Part shown: positions 27,235-41,300 of the stretch, one piece after another
Layout of the letters: the number at the start of each line of letters is the position of its first letter
How positions within the stretch are numbered: the stretch's first letter is position 1
Source: Paramecium tetraurelia
Lineage: Eukaryota
Assembly (NCBI GenBank): GCA_000165425.1
Contig: CT868085.1
Location: forward strand, 496,001-560,000
Reading direction: 5' to 3'
DNA length: 64,000 nt
Made by a program: the position numbers and the translations under genes
The notes under the pieces: generated by a model
What the model was told of the DNA's origin: nothing
Database searches by the model: none
The model's input: only the letters and a program-made list of their open reading frames with translations

Positions 27235-27287
27235 CTTTATAATATTTAAATTTTAAATAATCATCATTCTTGAAATTTTTAATGATA

Positions 27288-28124
27288 TCAATAATATGAA
27301 TACTTATATCCGTAGTTAGATGAACAAGAATGATGGTGATGATGGTTTTGATGATTATGAACAGGCTGCATTGAAACCCAATGTTATTAAGTAGTATAAT
27401 GAACTGGCTAGAAGCAAATAGATTATGGTTTTATGGTATTAGAGTTTGTTGTTTCTACTATCCTTTCGACTTAATATTGCTTGAATATATAAGAGTATTA
27501 ATACCTTTATTGGTTATTCGATGTATTTAGGCTATTCAATTATAGGAACATATACAGGTATGGTAATCTCTTCATTTTGTTAGTGTATTTAGCAAGGTTA
27601 TATTTTATTATTTATTTATTAAGTTTAATATAATTAGTATGAATTTTATTACTAATTTAATTACAAGAGTCTTATTTATTTTTCTAATTCATTTATTGTG
27701 TTATGTAATCGCTTAAATTATTCATTTTTTTTAAGTATTTCTGACTCAATCAGTTAATCTTACTTGAGTTCAGATTTAAGGTACTTAATCTCTTAGGATA
27801 GAAATTCTTATTCGTTTAAAAGTTGCTATTGTTTTTATTTTAAGTCGTGAATTTCATTTGAATAGTTTTCTACTTGGATTTTGAAGTGATCGTTTTTGGA
27901 TTAGAGTTACAATACCTCTTTTTTGGTGTCTTTATATTAATACAAATATATGTACCCATATTCTGTCTTTGTGTCTACTGAAATTAGTTTTTCAACTCTC
28001 TATTTTTCCTTTATAGATTATTCAAAATAATGTATTATTCTCTGTCTTTTTGTGCAATTTACTACTCTAAGTTTCTAATTTTCTCAATTAATGCTTCATC
28101 CAATTGGTTAGTTGTATTTATCAT
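27288..28124 (-). CDS. Hypothetical coiled-coil / Q-rich protein with His-rich tail
   Basis: MINTTNQLDEALIEKIRNLEQQIAQKD...; C-terminus HNHQNHHHHHSCSSNYGYKYSYY-TGA; at least two tiny introns. Confidence 0.6.
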
Positions 28125-28184
28125 AAAATAATTTAACGTATAATAATTATATGTTAAATATGAGTATGCTAATTTTATTTAAAA

Positions 28185-29625
28185 TCACTTTGAAATAATC
28201 TATGTACAGTTTGATAAACTTTATCTTGATTCCCTTGTAGTATTTTACTCAAATATTCTACCAATTTAGGTATCAAAATTAGGCAATCTATTAACAAGAG
28301 GAGAGGAGTCATGACAATCTTCAGTGTCGTATCTTTGCTTATAGAGATCATACAAGATTGAAAATTAATCGTACGCATTCTTTAATTGTATTCTGTCAGA
28401 GATTTTCTTTTCCAATAGAGATTTCAAGAGACTCTATAAATAAAATACTCATTTACAATAATATTATTTGAGAAAGCATCACACTTATCTAAATCCAAAT
28501 TAAATTAGCATATTCTGTTGTTATGCACTAGCTATTCAATTGTATCCCCTTTAAATGGTAATTCATGAAATAACCTAAACATCAATTTGTTATTTTTACA
28601 ATTAATAAAGTAGACACCCACTGCTAAAGACATCACAGCTAAACGAGTAATATGTGCATTGAGAATTTAATACTTCAGGTGCAGCATATCCAGGAGTTCC
28701 ACACTTATATAAAAGATATCTGTTAATATTGGTGAAGGTTGCAAATCCAAAATCAATAATGGTGAGAGAGGTGAAATCATCTTCTTCTGCTAAAACCAAA
28801 TTTTAAGGTTTAATATCTCTATGGATTATCTATATTCATATATCAATTTACTTCCAATTCAGAAAGTTTGATCAAAGCTTCAAATAGACGTTTCATTATT
28901 GAAAATATTTGAAACAAGGAGAAGGTTTTATTCATCTTTTTGTTATTTTCCAGATAATGAGACAATGAATACCCATCCAGATAATTCATTATTATTAAAT
29001 ACTGTTAGTCATCCTGATAGACATCTTAAATCTGAACAAAATAGTCAAATCCTTTGACTTTGTTCATCACAGCTATCTCCTACTCTATGATTGACTAAAG
29101 TTAGATATTCTATTTACGTAATTTAAAGGAGTTAAATCCTTATTATTAATATATTTAACAGCCAATTCATTTCCAGTAGATTTACATTGAATTTTTTTTA
29201 CACTTCCCGACGACCCTCTGCTTATATCACTTTTTACAGTATATAATTCATCAAAATTACCAAAACTACATCTGCAGCTGAGCAAATTCTTTAGTCTAAT
29301 ATTCATTTTATAATGAAATATACTTTATAAGTTAGTCAGGATCTTTACTTATGAAAGTCTTAAATTTTTTCTTTATTTTTATAGTAAACCCAATGAATTT
29401 GGGCTGTTTGTTCTCAAATTTTATAATCCACTTAATCAGAGTCATGATTCTGATTAGGACCTGAAATCTAAATATTTAAACACCTTATTTTAGCTTTTCT
29501 AATAAGCATGATCATAATACCTTATACATCACAATTTTATCTCCTGTATATTTTAATTGATAAGGATGATTAAAAAATATATTCTTGCTGTAAACTTGCA
29601 AAGTGAGAATTGCTTAGTTATCCAT
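28185..29625 (-). CDS. Ser/Thr protein kinase, CAMK-like
   Basis: ISRGSSGSV, AVK, HRDIKPQN, IIDFGFA, CGTPGYAAPE, DVFSSG; ~120-aa N-terminal extension; multiple tiny introns. Confidence 0.92.
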
Positions 29626-30407
29626 TTTTATTCAATCAATATTTCTTATCTTAATAATTTATATGTATAATTCTAATAATAGTTTTGTTATTTTAGCACA
29701 GTCAGTCAGAACTCTATTTCTTAATTGGTCAGTAAGAATAATCGCAGATTAAAAGACTTATAAATTGAAACTACTTTACTTTTACAAATATTATTCAAAA
29801 TATTGCTAACTTAAAAAAAAAATGAAATTTAATATTATAATTTCTTTTTTCCCTCATCTAATTTAACTTATTGTCGTGCTTTTGCATTTTTTTATTAGAA
29901 TGCTTTTTTAGATTTTGGTTTAATTTCCCAATCATCCCTTTATTCTTTTATCATACATCTTGTTTTTATTCAGATAGAATACTCTTTGATAAAAGTTAGG
30001 TATATGCATTCTAGTTAGTACTTTGTTATTAAATTTTATTATTTGATTATTGAATATTAGGAAATCATGAACTGATTCTTATTCAATTGCAATAAATTTT
30101 AGTTAATAAAGTTATATATTAAAATCTTAAAGATATATATATATGATATGTAATTATAATTCCATTTTTCTTGATTCAGTATCATCACTATATCTTAATG
30201 CGTAAATAAAATACAACAATTATAAGAATTGCCATTAATTAAAATTTGCATATGCATTTTTGATTCTTTAGATTCAATATGATTAAAATGATCATTTTAA
30301 TTATCTTTATTAGTTATTTATAGTAAAAAATAACAAAAGATATCTAACACTCTTTATCAAGTTAGGAAAAATAAAATAAATAAAAGAAATCATCAATTGA
30401 TGGACAT

Positions 30408-30875
30408 TCATTTTAAATTTAATTTTAGATCGAATCTAACCTTTTTTTTCACCACATCCTTATTTTTGACTGAACCTTGATTTTGGCAATATCTTAAGTC
30501 ATGCTTTAGTATTGTTTTTTTTGTATTAGTATCATCACAGTGAATTGATTCATCTGATTCAGAGGAAGAATTATTATTATTTGGAATGCAATCTTATAAG
30601 AATTGATGAGACTGCTGTATTGATTCAACTCCGTCCACATCTCCATTAACTTCCTTAATTTCCTGATTGTCACCTTCAAATTTGAATGGTTCATGGATAT
30701 AAGTAACAGAGGCATCTTCTTTGAAATTTTCATCTTGTTATTGGCATTTCTCTTTGTTTAATATATTCGAAGATGAGCTGCTTTTCTTTTACAAGATATT
30801 TGATGAAGTAAATTAATTGAGATTGGTTAGCTCTGATGATTTATCATTGTATTGCCTGCAACAATTCGCACCCAT
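30408..30875 (-). CDS. Small putatively myristoylated/palmitoylated protein with PP1-docking-like motifs (155 aa)
   Basis: Intronless 156-codon ORF beginning MGANCC and ending KKTILKH...KKKVRFDLKLNLK-TGA. Confidence 0.75.
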
Positions 30876-32395
30876 CGGTATTTTAATTTATATATATAAT
30901 AAATCAATAATATAGATTAGCATCTTGTATCAGATTCAACTCAAGATGCATTAATTAGCAAATATTATGCTGTTAATTAAACAACACCTTTATAATTGCG
31001 AAATTTTAATCAATTCTTTAGAGTGGTTCTGTTAATTGCTTAAAGTTCTCAAAATCTTGGCTTCATTCTAAGCTTATTTCACTCTTATTTGATCTCTGTT
31101 CTGTCAATATGTAAGTGTTAATCTAATTGGACCTTTATTAATGTTATATTTACTTTTCTTTTCGTATCAATCAACCACACATCTAAAATTTTAATAACGC
31201 ATCCTTAAATCTTAGAAACTTATTTAACCTTTGATTCTTTTAATACTTACTCTAATAAATATAGAAAACTCAATAAAAATATCAAACACATTTTTATATC
31301 TTTCGTTTTATTGAACAAAACCAAATTGTCTTTACTGAGCGCAATATTACTAATATTGTACAATTTAAGCATAACTTTTCTCAATTTTGATGTAAGACAA
31401 CTTAAATAGTGATATTATTCAAATAAATTAGGTTTAAAATGTCAAGAATTTAAAATTTCAATAATTATTAATATATATTGAATAGTTCTAATTAATTGTA
31501 AAGAAAAACTACAGTTCTTGTATTGATTATATTTTGATATCAATAATCACACTCATTAATTAACAGAAGCCTATCAAGAATACGATAAAAAGTGTTTTTA
31601 GGAATGAAGATTTATCTTAAATAGTATTAATAAATATTATTTAAATTATTATAATGTTAATTATTAAATATATATACTCTTTTTTAGTAATAATAATAAT
31701 TTTAAACATTCTTGCTTCGTATAATTTATAGTTATCATATTTATAATTAAACACAAAAAAATAAATACTTATTGCGTATTAAAAGAGATCATAATTCTAA
31801 TTCAATTAATCTAATTGATTTAATTATTCGGTTCAGTCTAATACATTATTAAATAATCTTATAAACTTTATTATTAATGACAATATAATTAGAAAATTAA
31901 TATAATATACCACAGTAATTTTTGATAAAATAAGTTTTTTTGTTGCATTTTTAATAGTTTTTAAGCGCTAATTTATCTAATAATCCATTCTATGACTAAA
32001 AATTTACAATTATATCTGCATTTTGAGGGTAATTATTATTCAATTGCCAATTATTCTTATGGTATCGAATTTAGTAACCATTTTGCATAATTCGCAATTG
32101 GAATGACTTATTCTCTTGGTATTATGAAGAAACAGAAGAAAATGCAATGAGAACATTGAATTTGCATAATTTGTAGTGGATTGATAAAATTTATATGGAT
32201 GGATGTAGAATAAAGGGTAAAGAATTGATTTCAGACTTCAGAAGATGTTTTAGTAATTTTTTTTAAGTGATATAAGAGGAATACTCGATTTAATCTAATA
32301 TAAACTTTATTAAAATACGCTTTATTAAGGAAATAAACCGAAAACTCATTTTTTAAAGCCAAAACATAAAATGATTCAATATTATATTTATAGCA

Positions 32396-33081
32396 ATGTA
32401 AAATCCAAATTTCATGCCCATTCTCATTTACACCTAACCTACCGGATATCCCCAATATTATCCCATGTACTATATGCCAATAATGCCAAACTATATGATA
32501 CCTCAATGTCAAACCTCTTAAGAACCTGAAATGAATCATATAATCTCAAAAACCAGCGACCAAAGTTCATTTTCTAACTAAAACTTTGATCCAAACAACC
32601 AAATAAACTTTTAATCAATAAAACAAAATAATAATGAAATTGCAGTTGAAAATATTGAAGAAATTTAAACTAATACAGAATCAAATAAACCGAAATAAAA
32701 ATCTGGAAAAAAGAAGATTAACCTCTTACAAAAATCTACTAATATATAGAAAAACTATGCAAAAGCAATCGTCTCTTATGCTTGCGGACAGAGAGTTCAC
32801 ATCATAAACACCTTAGGAAAAAAGAAAGGAATTGAATTCCTAAAAATAATTAATCAACTCAAAAACAAGTTAAAAAATATAAACCACATAAAGAACTATA
32901 CATAGAAAGAATCCTTTTTGAGCATGTTCAGGATATTAGGGTATACTTTTTAAATTAATATTTTAGAAATAAATTCTTGAAGAATGAAGCCGTTAGTTAC
33001 ATCTATCACTCCAACATCCAACAGAAGAGTTGTCATCTTAAACACCTAAAAATGATTGAGCAAAACTTATTGAAGTGCTGA
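32396..33081 (+). CDS. Ciliate-specific hypothetical protein (possible nuclear regulator)
   Basis: MQNPNFMPILIYTQPTGYPQYYPMYYM..., basic stretch, C-terminal helical block STNIQKNYAKAIV...FRILGNKFLKNEAVSYIYHSNI; 26-nt intron gives 220 codons. Confidence 0.7.
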
Positions 33082-34431
33082 TCGAGTTATATGATATATA
33101 TTTATTGTTTTTATTTGATAGTAATTAATATCAAATATAATAATCTCATTAAATTATTTATATTACAATATGATTGCATAAAAAAAGCAAGTGAATTATA
33201 CTTCACATTCAAAATCATAGTTATTGGACACTTCTAAATAGATGGGAGATCATATTAATAGGCAGTAGGAATAAATTATGACCTCTTGAATTCAAATCAA
33301 AAATAGTATTTTGCAAAAGGAATTTTGAATTTTCCTTTGGCCAAGCATTTTATTTGTTTAATCAGATTATATTCTAAATTTTAGCAAACATTAAGTGAAA
33401 AATAATAAAATAAAATTAAATATGTTACTTGATTATTGAATAATTTCTCAAAAAGTAATTAATTGGAAAAGCTATTGATCATTTAAATGGAAAATAATAT
33501 AATGTAATGAAAGATGGCGGATCTTTAGATGTTCAGTCACAGCATTAACTTATTCCAAAAAAAAATAAATGAGTGCTATCATTTTACAATATTTAAAAAT
33601 ACTTAGAATATACATAATTATAAAATTAAAGTAATCAATTTTATTCTTTAAAACTTGCTCTTTAAGTATTTTCTTGAATAATACCTATTCCCATGTGCAT
33701 AAATGATTTGTAACATATAAATATATATAAACCTGAATGGATTTCCTTTAAAAAAATAAATGTAAAATTTCAGAGAAGTTCTAATTGAACCATTTGGTTA
33801 AAATTAACAAATTTTATTTAAGGGTTCTTAGCCATTCACGAATATTTGTTTTTTTTTATAATCATTATCAGCCAAAATTATATAAAATAACTCAGATTAA
33901 GTTCTAAACTCATAGGTTATTCTTAAGGTTGTTAGAAGGTAACTGTCCTTTTGAATACAAGGCTTTTAAGGCACTAAGCAGAAGAAGGATGATATATATA
34001 TTCTTAAAAAAGTATTTTCTATATTGTACTTATAGAAATAAATTCGATTGTAATAAGTCCACATAATTAATTTTACAAGTTAAATCAGAATTAAAATAGA
34101 AATTGTTCAGAGATAGTTCATTTTGCTAAAGGGAGCTAACTTATTGATGGGAGAGACACTTTTATTAAGAAATAAAGAAAGAACTTAAAAAAATAAGTGT
34201 AAATAAATTTGAAATATAAAACATAAGTTATTATTAATAATTATATAATAAAAAAAAAGATTGATTTTCATTAACGAATCTTTTGTATTGGTTAGATAAA
34301 TTATATAAAGTATCTAAATTAAATGCGTATTATTATAAATGATTTAGTTAAATCAACTGTTAAAATAAAAAATGTATATAAGTCTCAGTTATAAAACAAG
34401 ATATTTTGCTTGAATAAATAATATTTCAAAA

Positions 34432-36271
34432 ATGCAATTGATATTCCTATTCTTCTTGATTGAAGTTTCTTTTAGTTGGCACCCCATTTTATCATCAAGA
34501 ATAATAGAATCAATTGAAAATGAAAATATTATAATCGAAGAGGATTATTAAATTATTGCTGAGGGGAGCTTTTCTATCTCTTATAAAGGTTTGTAAAGTT
34601 ATAGAGAATTATACTTAATGTTTGATGCTAAAACTAATAAGACTGAAAGTGAAATATTGATATTAGTTAATGGAGTTAGAAGAAATATAATTCAGGTACA
34701 AGGAGAGTTCAAAGAATTTCATATGAGATTTTAACATTAAGCTTCGGATGTAGTGATCTAGATGAGAATAGATGATTAAACCAAAGTAGAAATACGAAAC
34801 TTTAATATGTTTGTTTAAGAATGCCCGAAGGATTGTAAATATTGCCTATCAGGTTCATGTGATCTTTCGTTATATCAGGATTGTGACTAATTAAGATATA
34901 AGAACACTTGTGTTGAAGAATGCCCAGATGGGACTGTGGCTGAGTTCAACTAATGTGTATAAGTAGGTATTATATTATCTTTATATTTAGGTTTGAAAGA
35001 GATTGAATAAGTGAAATCCTTTTTGCAAGAGGAACTTTCAACAATCTAGAAATTTGGAGAATAGAAATTGCTCAAATTCAATTTCGAAAATGGTTTTAAT
35101 GGATAATTGGAAATAGTGTTTAATTGTTATAGTAAGCAAAAGCAAAATGCTGATTAATTAATAAAGGTCGGTTTTAGGAAGGGTTAAACACAAGTTATGT
35201 ACCCTTTTTTAAATTCTTATACTAATTTACAGTTTCACAAAGAGTGCAAACCTCAATATGAACTAGAGTGTGTGTAGGTGAAAGGCTTATTTGATGTAGA
35301 ATTTCTAAAATAAGATTAAATTCTTATTGATAGTTATTCAAAGAAACTGGAGTAAATTGGCTATTGGGAAGTAGAAAGCTTTAAGGTTTACAATGAAAGC
35401 AAGAAGTTGTATGAGTGTGACATTGAGAATTGCTCTTAATGTTCTTACAACAATGTGTGTTAACAATGTCAAGATCATTTCCATTTATATTAAGGCTAAT
35501 GCATTAAGAAGTGTCCCTTCTATACAATACAAGAGAAAAATAGATGCATCAATCTTCATGAGAGCCAACCAGGTAATAAAATTTATTATACTTTAGATCT
35601 TAAATTTTTGGTTAAGTTAGAATCGCCCTTCTAAGATCTCTCTCAAATTTTTGGTTAAATTACCTTTGATTTGAAAGAGCAAATTAGTTTTAGATATGAG
35701 AATCAAACTACTTTTATTGGAGGAGGATTATTGGACAGATGGCGACGCACTACATTTTCAAAATAACTAAATTTGGGAAGACATTATGCAATTAGAATCA
35801 TGTTTAATATATCCTTAGAAAATTCAACTTAAGATTAGGATAGTTTTATTTATTCAATCGATGGAAAAACCTTCAAGGTTTTGAATAATCAAACATATGT
35901 TGATCAAACACTCAACCATAATAAAAACATTCTAAATCTAAATTTAGGATGTAAAATCTCGAGTAATGGTAGATGTGTAGTTTCTAATTACTATTTTATG
36001 ACTATGAAAGTATTAATATTCTTATATATTTCTTTAGTGTTCTCCACTTTGTTAAAGTTGTACAGGTCCATCGTAATCTGATTGCAAAATTTTTGAGGCC
36101 AATATTGATAAATTTGATTACAAGAATTTTAAGTGTTAGGATGGTTATTACTTAAGTGAATACGGTTGCAAACTCTGTTCATAAGGATGTCAACTATGCG
36201 AGTCTTAAAATAGATGTCTCAAATGCCAAGACACAAAAGAGGCAGAGTTTATTTGTAAGCCCTACCTTTGA
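34432..36271 (+). CDS. Secreted/surface Cys-rich (furin-like repeat) protein
   Basis: Signal peptide MQLIFLFFLIEVSFS; beta-rich modules alternating with CPKDCKYC, CVEECPDG, CIKKCP, CSQGCQLC repeats; several tiny introns; no C-terminal TM seen. Confidence 0.8.
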
Positions 36272-38313
36272 AAAGGCCTTCTTGATTTAATTATTGTTTA
36301 TTTGAGTTATATGAAATTAATATTTAGAATTCAAAAATTTAATGGTTATTTAATGTTAATTAACAATAACTTAAGATATGACTACTGATCTTGGGTTGGG
36401 TGTGTTCATTTAATTAATTTGATAGCCATTTTAAAGAAATTACAAGTAGCATTCTACTAATAAATTTCAAAAATTAAGGATTCTGCTTTACCTCTCTCTT
36501 TTCATTATCTTAAATTGATTGATTGATTGAATTTCCCATATACAAACTAGTCTTAATTATAAAATTTTGAAGCCATTCTACAAGAATCAATTATCTACGT
36601 ATCATATTTTATACTTCATCATCAACTCAAGATACTTAATTAAATATAATACAGAAATCCTTTAGTCAGCTTTCAAGAATCGATTAATCTTATTATTCTT
36701 AACCTATTATAAAAGAAAACTGCAGAATTCTGGGATTGCAAATGCATTTTATTTGAAATCTATTTTTTAGTAAATGGCTAGATAGTTTTGAAAAAAAGTA
36801 ATAATCTTCAAAATAACTATAATAATACAATCCAAATCATAATCATAATCAGAATAAATGGTGTGTTTAAACATAAATTGTGAAATTTTGTTTATAATTT
36901 TTAATTTATGTATATTTAATAAAATTAACCTATTTTAACTATGTAAATGACTCAAATTCTAATTCTAACACGGTTTAAACAACTATACATTTATTGTCAA
37001 TTTTATTAGATTTATCAACAAAAGATTTCAAACAAATCGTTGAGAATATAATTTGATAAATCCAAAAACTCTATTGATAGTGATTATATTAAATCAGATT
37101 CCCTTTTTTAATGTGAAAATTATTTTAATCATATAGAAGCTATAAACAGATTTAATAAAAATAATAATTGTTTCTTTAAGATTAATATTAAATTATACAA
37201 ACTTGCATACCATCTTGTTAATATTCATAGACCTAATCTAACATAATGAAGACTTGCAGCCAAACAAGAATTCATGGGCAGTTTGATTACAAACTCAAGT
37301 AAGGCAAATTGTAATAATTGAAATTGAGGATTGGACGGTTCTGCAAAATTGGTGAAATAGCTAATTTTTTAAAACATATATGTTTTGGTCAATGGTTAAT
37401 GAATCAATAGATATTAACTTGATCTAATGGATCAAAATAAACTCATGAACAATAATGATTATGTTAATCCAATTATAAAAAATTATAATAAATCTGAAGA
37501 AATTATAATAAGATTTTTTCTGTAAATATTTGAGTATGTAGAATAAAAGGTTGGCACTGTTTAGAATCATATAAATCTCTTATATTAACAATAATTACTA
37601 TTTTACGATCCTTGCTTTTCTTGTTTGGGTAATCGAATATTCCTGATAATTCATGATTGGACAACATGTGAGGGTGAGGATTATGGCTTAAACTTAGATC
37701 TTACTTACTAAAAGGGATCATATTTGATTCTAAATTAGTATATACATTAATTTGTTATCACTATTAAGTTAAAATTGAAAATTAAAAGGTATTCAAACAG
37801 AATTTAGAATATTTATATTTTTTTAGCAAAATCTAGTAAATAAATTTCTTTTATATAATGATTATCATGATTTCTAAAACTACTTGTTTGGGATTAGAGG
37901 AGATTGACCAAAATTTATACTTAATAAAATTAGTGATTGAGATTTCCTTTGATAAATTCTGATTAAGAAATTTAAATTTTTGGAGTATGATATTTTATTT
38001 GAAAGGCTTTTCCCCTGGTATAGTTGGATTTGAATGAGGAGTTTGAAGTTACTTGATAAATTAATGGAGATTGAAAATTTCCTGTTGTAGATCTGAAATT
38101 TTAAGGCAAAGTAAGTGAATAAATATAAAAAATTTAAATATAATTTTAGTAAAGAATTTTGGGGGGGAGAGATTTGGCTCTAACTCTAGAGTGCTAATTA
38201 TTGAAATGAATCGATTCTGATATAAAATTATTATATTCATATCAGAATTTATCAAACATTTTATGTATATCTCTGGATTTATGTAATATGGAAATATTTA
38301 TATAAATAACATA

Positions 38314-41300
38314 ATGAAATGGATGTAATTGCTTGTCTTGAGAATGCTTATGTAGATTGTGTAATGTGGTAAAGATATTGAGTATCCATTAAGGTTGGGA
38401 ATTATTTAAATCAGAACTAATGGATAGTTCGACTTTTGCCCTTTGGAAAAACTCAAACAATTCACCAGGTTCAAATTTACTTTAAGTTTGCGACCTACAG
38501 CCCACTCTGAACTCTAAGCTTCTGCAAGGGGATACACTTTTGAGCAGGAATATTGTCATGCCAACTACGCGAGCATTCAGCAAAATTAGGATAAGTTTCG
38601 ATATCTACTACTTAAATATCTGGAACGTAGCAGAATCTATCACAGTCTATGCCAACAGTCTCTTGGTTTATTATGGGAAGCCAATTCACTCAGTATATGA
38701 AGATTACCCACTAAGATTCTGTGTTTCAAGGCCTTTTGGAAAATCTTACGCTGAATAATTGTGGCGTATAGATTAGGAAATATCATTTAACGATCCAAAT
38801 TTAAATATTGAAATAGTGCATGATAACGCTTCAACAGGAACGACCAGTGAATATGGAATAAACAATTTCATTTTGCAAGTCTACTTTTGCCCAGACAGAT
38901 GTGGGGAATGCGATTAAGAAGAATGTTTAGTTTGTTAAAATGGATTTAGTTTGGTGAGAGGTGAGTGCAAATGCAATCCCTTCCTATAATATTCTTACTT
39001 TAACCCTGATTTGACATGTGTTGATGAATGTCCAGCCAATTATGCATCTGATGATAATCGAATATGTTAACCGTCTGTTGTTAGTGCGATTTACTCTGAT
39101 CTTGAAGAAGATACATTTAGTTCTTATAAATTTAAATTTGTCGCCGATAAGTATTACAGTGTAAATTAGCTGATGATTAATACCATCGGAACTAAATCCG
39201 TTGCAGGTATGTTTTCCAACACAGACTCAATAATATTTGATGACGTCAATTTGTAACCCAATTTTAAATACATCATCAAATTTAAACTTTACATTACTGG
39301 TAAATTGTCAAAGTTGTTTCCTGAAACCATTTAAATTCTTTTTAACCAATATGTTGTAGCTTATCTGGTAGATTTCAACTAAATATAATTAACATCCTCA
39401 ATCAAAACATCATCAACTGTAAGTTTAGGATAACACTGTAGTATTCCCAACTATTCTAAATGTTCATCATACGAAATAGTCATGCAAGTGGAATTAACCG
39501 AATTAGTAACAGAAATAATGTTCAAAACCAAATTTTAATTAAATACTCCTCAAAGAACTTGGGGAATTAGAGATTTGTAAATTTCTTAATATCAATTAAC
39601 ATCAATTTACATTTAATGTTCAAACAATTGTTAGACTTGTAATCAATCATAACCAAATGTGTGTTTGTCTTGTTCTGGAAGCTTAAAGTTATTTAATGGT
39701 AATTGTGTGACTCAATGTCCAAATTACACCACTACTAACGTAAACTCTTGTGATGATCCATAACTTACTTAGGTTAACGAGATGTATCTAGTAAGCATGT
39801 ATCATGATATGAACTATTATGTTCAAGATAACTTTTAAGATTTTCCGTAGATTTCTACATCCTATTTTATGAATCGCTAGATATTAGGTGGATTTAATAA
39901 GTGGAAAAATGAATAAATAAATTTAATACTGACTAAAGACAAATCAATGTATAAGGTAAAGATCTCTTTAATGTTGTTGTTTATTGATTCAACTAATAAC
40001 TAAATTTAATTCCGTACTAGCATCAACAATGAATAACCATAATATAGTTTGTTTGGAAGCAGCATTTCAGTGGGAAATCAAATTGGTTAATCTTATGTTG
40101 AAACTATTTAGAGTGTTTCTTATGTGAAATCATTTGAATCTACTAATTAATTCAAAATTTAATTATAGTGTATCTAAGGAATAGATATTGAAGCATATTG
40201 TGGTATCTATGATTTTAGAATTATTGTATCTACTTGCTAGGATAATTGCTTAAAATGTGATGAAAATGGAAATTGTATTACTGAAATGGATACTATTAGT
40301 ACAGACATCAATGGATGCAAGGAAGGATATTATAAAAATGGAGATGGATGCTTCAAATGTCTGTATGGATGCTCAAAATGCAGTGAGGAAAATGTTTGTT
40401 AAACATGCTAACCTGGCTATGAATGGAGATTCAATACTTGTTTTTGTAGCTCAGTTAAAGAAAAGCTCGCTTATTGTGAATAGACTAATTGCTTTCATAA
40501 TTGTTAAACTTGTTCGGACAAAAAAGAAAGTTATGGAGTTTGGAATTAATTACATCCCAAGAATTGTTTGTCTTGTGATGAATCGAAAAACTTATGGCTT
40601 AATGTGAATCAATGTAGTTGCTTAGATGGATATTATATGGAGAATTTCAGCTGTTATATGTGCTTACCAACCTGCTTAAAATGCTCTTAATAAGCTAGAA
40701 TGTGCACTGCTTGTCATCCTGGATAGAATAGAGTTTTAGAAAAGGAGTAGTGTCGTTGTTCAAATGGATATTTTCAAGAAGACAACGACTTAATTTGTAG
40801 TAAATGCGATGAATTATGTTAAAATTGTAATTTCACAAAGGATTAATGTAGCTCATGTTACTCTAGTCAGAATAGAAGATTGAACATTGATACATGTATT
40901 TGTATGGATGGGTATTATGAAAGTGGAGACTTAATTTGTAAAAGTATGAATTCATTATTTAACATTAGAATGTCCTCCAAAATGTAAAACATGTTTAAAT
41001 GAGACTACTTGTATAACTTGTAATGAGGATTAATTCAGAATACTAAGTATAGATAATGTTTCTTGCACTTGTTAATCTGGATACTTTGATTAAAGTTCCT
41101 AAAATACATGTGGAAGTAATAATCATATTTGATTATTTAGAATGTCACTCGAGTTGTTTAGAGTGTAAGTAGAGTAACAATTTTGAATCATGCACAAGAT
41201 GTCCAAATACAAGAGAACCTAAATATCATAGTGGTGGTAGTGTAACCTTATTTGAATGTAAGTGCAGAAGAGGATATTATGAAACCAATTAGTAAGAATG

